Virus record (IMG/VR): IMGVR_UViG_3300021057_000274
Coordinates: 248,001 to 312,000 of that record
DNA: 64,000 nucleotides
Reading direction: 5' to 3' (one strand)
The notes under the pieces are model-generated. The model ran no database searches. It saw only the letters and a list, made by a program, of their open reading frames with translations, and was not told the origin of the DNA. The translations under genes were made by a program, and so were the position numbers. This document shows positions 37,694 through 45,354 of the stretch, piece by piece (position 1 is the stretch's first letter; every line of letters begins with the position of its first letter).

Positions 37694-38470
37694 CAGAGCT
37701 TGAAAGAGCTTAGGTCTGTCGCACGCGTACATCCCAGCGCAGTTTAGGCAATTGTATTCAATCACCTTGAAGCTGCCGTCGGTCATCCGCACGAAGTCGA
37801 CAACGTAGTTTCGAGCTGGCGCGTAGTGAAGCTTGACGACGTTGAAGAACGACGTGACGTCTCGCACCTCGCTAGGCGTCAAGCGCTCGTAAGTGATCTT
37901 CGCTCCGATCTTGTAGACCGAAGAGGTGATAAGCTTGCCGTCAACGACGAAGTTGCGGTACTCCCTCTCCATCCCGTCGACGAGAGTTGCGCACAGCACT
38001 TGCTCGTCGTTCGGATGGTCGGAGAACGATGAGTCTTGGATCGACTTGCCAAAGATCGCGGCGTAGGGAGTTTGACCCTCCTCAACGATCGTGCCGGCGA
38101 ACGCTTTCAAGTCCCGCGTCGGCTTGATGAAGACGGGAGCAGTGACTGGCACGTCGCGAATCGTGCCGAAGCGCGCGAAGAAGGCGTGCGAGTTGAGGAG
38201 CAACTTTCCGAGGGCCTTGTGGTAGAAGGCCTGATCAAACGCGAGCGGGTCATAGTTCACGACGGCGCTGTGCGGAAGCACGCCGCGCTCCCGCATCTTC
38301 AGCATCTTCGTCGATCCGAGCATGATGACTCGGTCGTACTCGTAAAACTTCTCGAGCTCGACGATCTCGTCACTGAATGGGATTAACCCGAACCAGATCG
38401 GATCATGAACTCCGATCGACTGGAGCGCGAGCTGGTTCTCCATCAGCTCTTGCTCGCGCATGTGACTCAA
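37673..38470 (-). CDS. ATP-grasp protein (DUF4343/R2K-like)
   Basis: FIKPTRDLKAFAG, EYRNFVVDGKLITSSVY, YVVDF, VIEYN...AGMY. Confidence 0.8.
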   Translation of the reverse strand: MSHMREQELMENQLALQSIGVHDPIWFGLIPFSDEIVELEKFYEYDRVIMLGSTKMLKMRERGVLPHSAVVNYDPLAFDQAFYHKALGKLLLNSHAFFARFGTIRDVPVTAPVFIKPTRDLKAFAGTIVEEGQTPYAAIFGKSIQDSSFSDHPNDEQVLCATLVDGMEREYRNFVVDGKLITSSVYKIGAKITYERLTPSEVRDVTSFFNVVKLHYAPARNYVVDFVRMTDGSFKVIEYNCLNCAGMYACDRPKLFQALLNFYQR

Positions 38471-38489
38471 CTGAACTCCGAAGGTGATC

Positions 38490-38582
38490 TTAGGGATGTG
38501 ATTTTCTCCAGGGACACCAAACGGATGGCCATTGCGGATGACTAAAGATCGAGCGCTTGCAGTGCTTGCACACGGGGATCAT
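38490..38582 (-). CDS. Small Cys-rich peptide (30 aa, not in supplied ORF track)
   Basis: MIPVCKHCKRSIFSHPQWPSVWCPWRKSHP; ATG 5 nt after minus-strand TACAAT. Confidence 0.4.
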   Translation of the reverse strand: MIPVCKHCKRSIFSHPQWPSVWCPWRKSHP

Positions 38583-38587
38583 GAGAA

Positions 38588-38640
38588 ATTGTAACATCTC
38601 CGTCAACTATTGTACATCGCGTCAAGATCTATGTTAGAAT
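38588..38640. promoter_or_regulatory. Back-to-back sigma70-like promoters sharing palindromic TGTACA
   Basis: TGTACA at 38611-38616; TAGAAT at 38635-38640 (+) and TACAAT at 38588-38593 (-). Confidence 0.55.
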
Positions 38641-38646
38641 TTGACG

Positions 38647-39090
38647 ATGGTAGAGTTGAGAGATCTCGAGCTGAAAGATACAGCGGAGCTTTACGCGCTG
38701 ATCGAGATCTCGCGCAAGGATCTTCTCAATCTCTGGTGGGCGGAGTCAGCGACGTTCGAGTCGACAGCCCAGTTCATCGAGAACGCTAGACGGAGCTCGA
38801 ATCACGTCAAGGCGATCGTCGTTGACGGTCAGATCGCCGGCTGCATCTCTCTCATCGACATGCCAGACGGGAGCTTTCAGCTCGGGTACTGGTTAGGGAC
38901 TCCGCATCGCGGAAAGAGACACATTCAGCACGCGGTCGAGAAGATCAAGACCTTAGCAGAAGCGTACAGGCGTCAGATCATCGTGCGCATCAAGTCCAAG
39001 AACGTGAAGAGCCTGAGCGTCGTCAAGGGCGCAGGCTTCACGCATGTTGGCAACGACGGAGAGTGGACCTGGCACGTTTGGCGGCCGTAA
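38647..39090 (+). CDS. GNAT acetyltransferase (RimJ/RimL type)
   Basis: IAGCISL...LGYWLGTPHRGK...NVKSLSVVKGAGF. Confidence 0.85.
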   Translation: MVELRDLELKDTAELYALIEISRKDLLNLWWAESATFESTAQFIENARRSSNHVKAIVVDGQIAGCISLIDMPDGSFQLGYWLGTPHRGKRHIQHAVEKIKTLAEAYRRQIIVRIKSKNVKSLSVVKGAGFTHVGNDGEWTWHVWRP

Positions 39091-40232
39091 ACATTCTTCC
39101 CGACTTCAAGCAAGATCTGGATCGTAGCCTCATCCCGCAGATCCAGCGCTTCTGGACCAAGATCAACGAGCGTCAGCTCCACTTCATGGGAGTGCCAGGC
39201 TTTGAGACCTACGACACCGACGGAGATGAAGCTCTCGGGCGAGACGTCGAGTTCTTCCACTTCAGCATCTGCGCTGATGCCCGCATGCGCTACCTCGGAG
39301 AGAACTTCGTTCTCAACGATGATCAGCTCCTTGACCCCGTCAACAAGCTCTCTAACGCGGTCGTCGCGCACCTGTACGGCGGCCGTCGGATTTACTCGCT
39401 CTTCACGGGCGTCACTGACCCTCGCAAGGCGTACCTGGACTTTTCGCGAGTGGGAAGTGACCCTGACTACGTCAGGATGGTGCGTAGCAACGCTGAATAC
39501 GCGAAGCTACACGGTTTCAAGTTCTACGGCACAACGGAGCTACACACGTCTCTCCAGACTGCTGCGCGAAATTTCTGCCGAGACAAGTATGGTGATCCTG
39601 GCCGACCCGCAAGCAATGTCGACATTATCGAGTGGATCGCCTCCTGGCGCGACAAGGGGTTATTTGAAGCGCTTCTCGGGGCGACATCACTGGGAGAGAC
39701 CTTTGAGCACATCAAGTCCCTACCAGGAGTTGGCGCATACTACGGATACCACCTCGCCGTAGATTGCTCGCTCTTCCCGTTCACGAGATACCACCATGAC
39801 GAGCCGTTTTGCGTGCCCGGCGGCGGTTGCCAAACGACGTTGAAGATGCTCTTCCCGAGGCTCACCGCGTCGAAGAAGTTTCCCTTCGGCGAGGCGGTGG
39901 TCTGGATCGAGCAGAACCAGAAGGACCTGTTTCCGACGCTCCAGTTCCATCCGGCCCTTTGGAACATCGAGCGAGACGGGAAGAAGGTCTTTCCCTTCGA
40001 GCAGAACAAGCTGATGGTCTACGGTCTCGAGGTCGGGCTTTGCCAATTCGGAGTTTATTGCCACCTCAAGAAGAATCCTCACCTGATCGAGCGCCGCAAG
40101 GTCGGCGTCGATCCTGACCTGACGCCCCTCATCCTGCGAGAGCAGGGCGCGCCAGTTACCCCCGAGGAGCTGCGTGAGCTTCAGAGCGAAGCCGCGGCCC
40201 CGACGGCCACGAAGGGTCTCCTGGAGTTCTGA
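39063..40232 (+). CDS. aGPT-Pplase / amino-acid:DNA-transferase-like base hypermodification enzyme (HhH helical fold)
   Basis: IKSLPGVGAYYGYHLAVD HhH, VPGGGC loop, LEVGLCQFGVY; ends KGLLEF. Confidence 0.7.
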   Translation: MDLARLAAVNILPDFKQDLDRSLIPQIQRFWTKINERQLHFMGVPGFETYDTDGDEALGRDVEFFHFSICADARMRYLGENFVLNDDQLLDPVNKLSNAVVAHLYGGRRIYSLFTGVTDPRKAYLDFSRVGSDPDYVRMVRSNAEYAKLHGFKFYGTTELHTSLQTAARNFCRDKYGDPGRPASNVDIIEWIASWRDKGLFEALLGATSLGETFEHIKSLPGVGAYYGYHLAVDCSLFPFTRYHHDEPFCVPGGGCQTTLKMLFPRLTASKKFPFGEAVVWIEQNQKDLFPTLQFHPALWNIERDGKKVFPFEQNKLMVYGLEVGLCQFGVYCHLKKNPHLIERRKVGVDPDLTPLILREQGAPVTPEELRELQSEAAAPTATKGLLEF

Positions 40233-40432
40233 TGGGTCACTACTCTGAGCAGTACGAAGCTTCCGCTCGCGAGGAAGCGAAGCGCGAGAAGAAGCGTGCT
40301 CGACAGCAGCTGACGGCGATGGCGGAATTTCGCGACCAGCTGATCGGCAACATCGGTGCCGACGGCATCTCGCCGCGGCACCTGGACGCTTTTCAAGACA
40401 TGATGAACGAGACGAAGCTGCGCGCGAGATGA
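40232..40432 (+). CDS. Hypothetical protein
   Basis: TGATG coupled ORF. Confidence 0.5.
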   Translation: MGHYSEQYEASAREEAKREKKRARQQLTAMAEFRDQLIGNIGADGISPRHLDAFQDMMNETKLRAR

Positions 40433-40665
40433 AGCACAGCGAGCTTTTTTTAGACGTGTACATCAAGCCCGTCCAACCAGTCGAGTACTTTACCGTCTCG
40501 GTAGATGTCGGTGACGGCGAGGTGATCGTGCGAGATCTCACGATCTTGAAGAGCCGTAACGCAGATCTAACGCCAGAGCAGGAGAAGCTCTGGGAGATCT
40601 TCGCCTCCGCTGGATTCGTAGCCAGTCGCAAATTTTCAATTAACAAAGACCTCAAGATAGGATAA
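40429..40665 (+). CDS. Hypothetical protein
   Basis: Coupled ORF. Confidence 0.45.
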   Translation: MKHSELFLDVYIKPVQPVEYFTVSVDVGDGEVIVRDLTILKSRNADLTPEQEKLWEIFASAGFVASRKFSINKDLKIG

Positions 40666-40677
40666 AATCTAACAAAT

Positions 40678-41400
40678 ATGCTCACTGGCTCTTACTATAA
40701 GAAGGGCGAGGGGTTCGTGGATGTACCCCTTAAGCAACACAAGACCGGGCTCTACTTCCGTCCTGGCTCCCACGATCGCGCGGCGATCGTCGACTGTACC
40801 GGCGGGCGCGACTACGTCACCGTCAACTGCGCTGGGCACCGCGTCCTCGACCTGGGCGGCAACATCGGCGCGTTCATCTTCAAGGCCGCTAGGGAGGGAG
40901 CAGAGCGAGTACTCTCGTTCGAGCCCGAGCCCAGCAACTTCAAGGTGCTCCAGGCCAACCTCGAGCACGCGATCAAGCCGCTCAACAGCTCGACGATCGT
41001 CGAGGCTCGCCAGCAGGCGGTCGCCGACAAGCATGACAAGCTCGAGCTGATCGTCGGCGGCAGCTACAGCACGGGCACCCCGTCGCTGACCGCCAAGAAG
41101 GGCAAGGACAAGGTCGGCATCCTCGTTGACGTCGTGCCGTTCAAGGAGGTCTGCGAGGAGTTCAAGCCGACGCTCCTCAAGATGGACATTGAGGGCGCCG
41201 AGTACTCGTTCATCTTCGACGGCCTTCCGGAGTCGATCCGCGAGTTCGTCTTCGAGATCCACGGTCAGAACGCTCGCGAGAACGAGCTGATGCACAAGTG
41301 CTGGGAGATGTACACGAGGGACTGGGACGTCGTCTCACGCTTCGATCGCAAGTTCTTCGGTAAGACCCACCTGATCATCGCTCACCTCAAGCGGAAGTGA
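40678..41400 (+). CDS. FkbM-family SAM-dependent methyltransferase
   Basis: VLDLGGNIGAF, VLSFEPEPSNF, LLKMDIEGAEY. Confidence 0.88.
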   Translation: MLTGSYYKKGEGFVDVPLKQHKTGLYFRPGSHDRAAIVDCTGGRDYVTVNCAGHRVLDLGGNIGAFIFKAAREGAERVLSFEPEPSNFKVLQANLEHAIKPLNSSTIVEARQQAVADKHDKLELIVGGSYSTGTPSLTAKKGKDKVGILVDVVPFKEVCEEFKPTLLKMDIEGAEYSFIFDGLPESIREFVFEIHGQNARENELMHKCWEMYTRDWDVVSRFDRKFFGKTHLIIAHLKRK

Positions 41401-41633
41401 CCACGACGCCGATCCTCCCGACCGCGGGGGAGGAGATGACTGGGAATGAGCTGATCGCTCAGCTGCGTGAGCATCAGCTCACGCACAAGATCTGGGCAGA
41501 GTGGTTCGAAGCGCATCCGGAAGATCCTCGACAACACACCGAGGGAATCGGCGACGCGGTCTTCCATCGGCAGATCGAGGCGAAGTACTCAGAGATGATC
41601 CGCTGTGTGCAACGATTGATGAGTGAAGCCTGA
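41397..41633 (+). CDS. Hypothetical protein
   Basis: Coupled ORF. Confidence 0.5.
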   Translation: MTTTPILPTAGEEMTGNELIAQLREHQLTHKIWAEWFEAHPEDPRQHTEGIGDAVFHRQIEAKYSEMIRCVQRLMSEA

Positions 41634-42925
41634 TGCGCGTCGTGATCATCGGACAGCAGCTGAACCGCAACCACGCGGATCGGTTAAAGGGCGGCATTCA
41701 GACCTGTGAGCGCCTCCACGTCAAGCTGCTCAACGAGCTCGGGCACGAGATCCACTTCATCGCGGCCGCCGACACCGAACCCTTCACTCCCCACGCCAAG
41801 CTTCACCTCCTGGAGCTGCCGTCCGAAGAGACGCTCGGCGAGCTCTCGAGAGCTGACAAGGCTAAGGTCAGCCGCCAGAAGACCGTTGAGATCCGTGACA
41901 CGATCAGCGAGATTCGTCCTGACTTCATCATCAACCACAGCTACTCGAGCTCGCACGTCCGACTGCTCGCTGATCACGTCGAGCAGGGAATTCCGGGAAT
42001 CTTCTTCAACCACCAAAATCCAGTCGTCGCGAGCGACATCAGTCTGATCGCCAAGCTCGAGCAGTACATTCGCATGACTAAGCTTGGAGGAGCGCTTGTC
42101 TGCGTCTCTCCGTTCTCCCGTGACCTCTGGCGGAGGGCGATCCGCAAGCGCCTCAAGTCAGCGTCGTTCGCCTTCGTCGAGGAGGAGATGATCGACCAGG
42201 TTTATAACATGGTCTGCCCGCCAGCGTATATCGACCAGGTTAAGGTGTGGCGCTCTGATCCGAGCAACATCTTCGTGATCATCAGTCGCCCGACCAGGGA
42301 GAAGAACGTCGCTGGCTTTCTTGAGGTCTACGAGAGATCGCGTCTTAAGAATCCGGTGGTCATCTTTCTCGCTGTCGGCGGTGACCTCGAGAGCAACGAG
42401 TACTGGTTAGCCGAGCTGAAACCGATCATCGAGAGGCTCAAGGAGCAAGGTGTTCCGATCAAGGTGCGATCGAACGCTCCGCGCGCTGACGTCCTCTCTG
42501 CGCTTGAGACGGCCGCCTTCAACGTCATCCCGTGGGTCGACGAGTCGGCCTCGATCGTCGCGCTTGAGGGGGCTCAGTACGGCACGATCCCGCTCATGAT
42601 GTCGAAGACGCGTGAGGACGGATCACTGACCGGTCACGCGGCCCAATCACTCATCCAGCTCAACTCCCCCTACCTCGAGATGCTCCCAGCAGGTCGCAAG
42701 CATCAAGAGCGCGCGGCAGCCAGGCTTCGCGACACGGTTCAAAGCTACGAGATGAGTTCGCCCGACGAGCAGTACAAGATCAGAAACTATTTGCGAGATC
42801 GTACTCTACGAAAGCACTCGCTTACGTGCCGAGTTAATGATCTTGCTGACATCATGGCTGAGGTGAGATTTCGCGTGAGCTCGCATGCGACGATTCCAGC
42901 CATCGTACGTTTATTGGAGATGTGA
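41633..42925 (+). CDS. GT-B fold glycosyltransferase (GT4-like)
   Basis: MRVVII...GGIQ...LGHEIHF, VCVSPF, ISRPTREKN, ESASIVALEGAQYGTIP; ends IVRLLEM. Confidence 0.8.
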   Translation: MRVVIIGQQLNRNHADRLKGGIQTCERLHVKLLNELGHEIHFIAAADTEPFTPHAKLHLLELPSEETLGELSRADKAKVSRQKTVEIRDTISEIRPDFIINHSYSSSHVRLLADHVEQGIPGIFFNHQNPVVASDISLIAKLEQYIRMTKLGGALVCVSPFSRDLWRRAIRKRLKSASFAFVEEEMIDQVYNMVCPPAYIDQVKVWRSDPSNIFVIISRPTREKNVAGFLEVYERSRLKNPVVIFLAVGGDLESNEYWLAELKPIIERLKEQGVPIKVRSNAPRADVLSALETAAFNVIPWVDESASIVALEGAQYGTIPLMMSKTREDGSLTGHAAQSLIQLNSPYLEMLPAGRKHQERAAARLRDTVQSYEMSSPDEQYKIRNYLRDRTLRKHSLTCRVNDLADIMAEVRFRVSSHATIPAIVRLLEM

Positions 42926-43095
42926 TGACTTTTGATTACGGCCTCATGGCGCAAACGGTGAAAGCTTTCTCAGACGTGATGGAGCAGATCCAGAAATCTG
43001 AGCAGTGTTCTACCGCGATTCGGGTCGGTGCGCTCCAAGCTCAAGCTGGTCTTACTCCGCTGATGAGGGCGATCCTGGAAGAGTATAAGAAGTGA
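42925..43095 (+). CDS. Small hypothetical protein (56 aa, not in supplied track)
   Basis: MTFDYGLMAQ...ILEEYKK fills the gap with coupled start and stop. Confidence 0.5.
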   Translation: MTFDYGLMAQTVKAFSDVMEQIQKSEQCSTAIRVGALQAQAGLTPLMRAILEEYKK

Positions 43096-43475
43096 ACTCG
43101 TTCGACATCGACGGTGTTATCTACATCAGCGCTGAGTTAGGCGGAATCTTTCCAGGACCGCATGACGTGATCATCACCGGGCGCAGCTTCGAGGAGGCTC
43201 CTGAGACGATCGCGATGCTCACTAAGCGTGGCATCTCGAACTACGTCTACTTCAACCCGCTCCCGTTCGCTCAAAAGACTCGGGTATCGTCTGGAGAGCA
43301 CAAGGCCCGCATCTTAAATAATCTAAGAGAACAAGGCATCAAGGTCGGCATTCACTTCGAGGATGACCCGATCCAGGCTCAAGTGATCGCTGATCAAGCC
43401 CCACACGTCGCGATCGTTCTCCTCCAGCATGACCTGACAGAGAGGGAAAATGTCCGTCACCCGATGCCAGACTGA
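43092..43475 (+). CDS. Capless HAD-superfamily phosphatase
   Basis: SFDIDGVI motif I, ITGRS motif II, HKARIL, HFEDDP motif IV. Confidence 0.8.
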   Translation: MNSFDIDGVIYISAELGGIFPGPHDVIITGRSFEEAPETIAMLTKRGISNYVYFNPLPFAQKTRVSSGEHKARILNNLREQGIKVGIHFEDDPIQAQVIADQAPHVAIVLLQHDLTERENVRHPMPD

Positions 43476-43489
43476 CATTTTCTGGGGAA

Positions 43490-43495
43490 TAAATA
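43490..43495 (+). promoter_or_regulatory. Late promoter
   Basis: TAAATA then RBS AGGAG. Confidence 0.65.
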
Positions 43496-43513
43496 AGCTC
43501 ATAGGAGACTTAT

Positions 43514-44149
43514 ATGATCCCAGATCTTCCCGAAAATGGCATTCTCATGCCTAAGATGGTCAACCGGTTTCGTGTCACTTTTCATCGATGTCACAACCTC
43601 AAGCGCGTCGCTGAGGGGCTCAGCCTTCAGGTTCTCGACGTCTCCCTGCCGTCCGTTGATCGGCTCCTCTCCACCTCGCGGAGTCGAGGTAAGAAGGTCT
43701 ACGGGCTCGAGACCGAGGAGGGGGCTCTAACCCTCACGTTTGAGGATGACCTCCAGTCTCGCGCGATCACGGCGATTTATGACGAGCTGATCGTTGATGA
43801 GGGAAACAGCTTCACCGTTCGCGTCGACTTCTTTAACGGCAACGGAGACGTGACCGAGACGTATGAGTTTAGAGGATCAGTCGGACCGATCACCGGCCCG
43901 ATCTTTGATTATTCTGGCGGTGACTCAGGAAATCGCTCCGCCTCGATCAGGTTTCCGAGCTATGTGAACACGACAACCGACGCGCTCAGCAAAGAAACGC
44001 TCGCTCTCATGAAGTTGATCTCGACCGCTGAGCTTAATTACGGTTGGGGTGAGAAGAGGCCGGGGGTAGTGCGCCGTAGCTTGAGCATCAACGTCGGGAA
44101 CGCCTTCACTCACTCCATCGTCACCAAGCGTCCGACGGAGGCGAAATGA
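43514..44149 (+). CDS. Tail-tube (gp19) paralog with C-terminal extension
   Basis: ILMPKMVNRFRVTF, LSLQV, LTLTFEDD, VTETYEF align with ILHPRQKNRWRVIF, LSLQL, CTLTVEDD, VTETWKY of 9943..10539. Confidence 0.7.
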   Translation: MIPDLPENGILMPKMVNRFRVTFHRCHNLKRVAEGLSLQVLDVSLPSVDRLLSTSRSRGKKVYGLETEEGALTLTFEDDLQSRAITAIYDELIVDEGNSFTVRVDFFNGNGDVTETYEFRGSVGPITGPIFDYSGGDSGNRSASIRFPSYVNTTTDALSKETLALMKLISTAELNYGWGEKRPGVVRRSLSINVGNAFTHSIVTKRPTEAK

Positions 44150-45354
44150 GCTTGAAGTGGGGAACGATCGTTCCGCTCATCGGCGGGCTCACCTTGGCTG
44201 GAAAGCGAGCGACCGGCCAGGACCCAAACTTCCTCCTGACATATACGCCGTTCGGAGAGAACGAGAAGAACGTGCGCGCCTACTTCCCGAACGTTCCCTA
44301 TCACCAGCTCGACACCGAGGACCGCGGCGGCTTCGACGTCGCGGCGAACAGAGACGTTGACTTCGTTCAGGCCCTCTGTCCCTGCGCCGGACTCTCGCTG
44401 CTGAGCTCAGGCTCCCCCGAGCAGCGCGCTAAGCAAAACTACTGGATGCTCGAGACCGCCAAGTTCATGACGGGCGAGCTTCGTCCGCGGGTCTTCTGGG
44501 GCGAGAACGCTCCGGGTCTCTATAGCAACACCGGCGAGCACGTGCGTAACGAGCTCCGCCAGATCGGGGAGAGGAACGGCTACTCGTTCTCCGTCTACGC
44601 GACGTCAACTCACTTCCACGGAATTCCTCAGACCCGCAAGCGCACGTTCTACTTCTTCTGGCGTGACGGTGAGGCGCCGGTGATGGAGTACTACCGAAAG
44701 CCTGTCAAGAACTTCACCGAGTACATGCGTGAGGTGCCGAAGGACTCGATTCACCACACCGCCGACGACATCCAGGCGGCGCGTGACACTCTCAACACCA
44801 ACCCGTTCATCATGTTCCTCCAGGAGAAGCATGACGGCAAGGGCATCGAGAAGATGCGCGAGTGGCTGGTGCGAAAGGACATGAAGAGCTTCACCCTCAA
44901 CACTTACCTGTTGCTCAGCGAGCAGTTCGAGGAGTGCATGGACTGGCTGAAGCAGCGCGGCCACGACAAGCACCTTCGTCTCGCTCAAAAGGTCTGGGAG
45001 AAGGTGACCTCGAAGGGCGGCTTCTGGGACGGCAGCTTCCCGATGTATCGCGGCGACCTGATGTTCGCGACCCTCATCTCTCGGACGCTCTACGCGATTC
45101 ACCCTGAGGAGGAGCGCGTTCTGACGACACGCGAGATGATGCATCTGATGGGGATGCCGCATGACCTGCCGTTGGTGACGGGCGGCTTGAATCACATCTG
45201 CCAGAACGTGCCGGTGTCGACGGGCGCTGACATGACTAACGAGGTGATCGCTTACCTGAGGGGCGAGCGGGAGAGCAGCGGGGCGCGGTTCACGATGCAG
45301 AGCAACATCACCCAGCGCATTGACCACAGCGAGTCGGCGCTGCTAAGCTTTTAG
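44146..45354 (+). CDS. C5 DNA cytosine methyltransferase-like protein
   Basis: CPCAGLS (motif IV), GENAPG (VI), IPQTRKRTF (VIII), LTTREMMHLMGMP (IX), CQNVPV (X); ends ALLSF. Confidence 0.85.
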   Translation: MSLKWGTIVPLIGGLTLAGKRATGQDPNFLLTYTPFGENEKNVRAYFPNVPYHQLDTEDRGGFDVAANRDVDFVQALCPCAGLSLLSSGSPEQRAKQNYWMLETAKFMTGELRPRVFWGENAPGLYSNTGEHVRNELRQIGERNGYSFSVYATSTHFHGIPQTRKRTFYFFWRDGEAPVMEYYRKPVKNFTEYMREVPKDSIHHTADDIQAARDTLNTNPFIMFLQEKHDGKGIEKMREWLVRKDMKSFTLNTYLLLSEQFEECMDWLKQRGHDKHLRLAQKVWEKVTSKGGFWDGSFPMYRGDLMFATLISRTLYAIHPEEERVLTTREMMHLMGMPHDLPLVTGGLNHICQNVPVSTGADMTNEVIAYLRGERESSGARFTMQSNITQRIDHSESALLSF

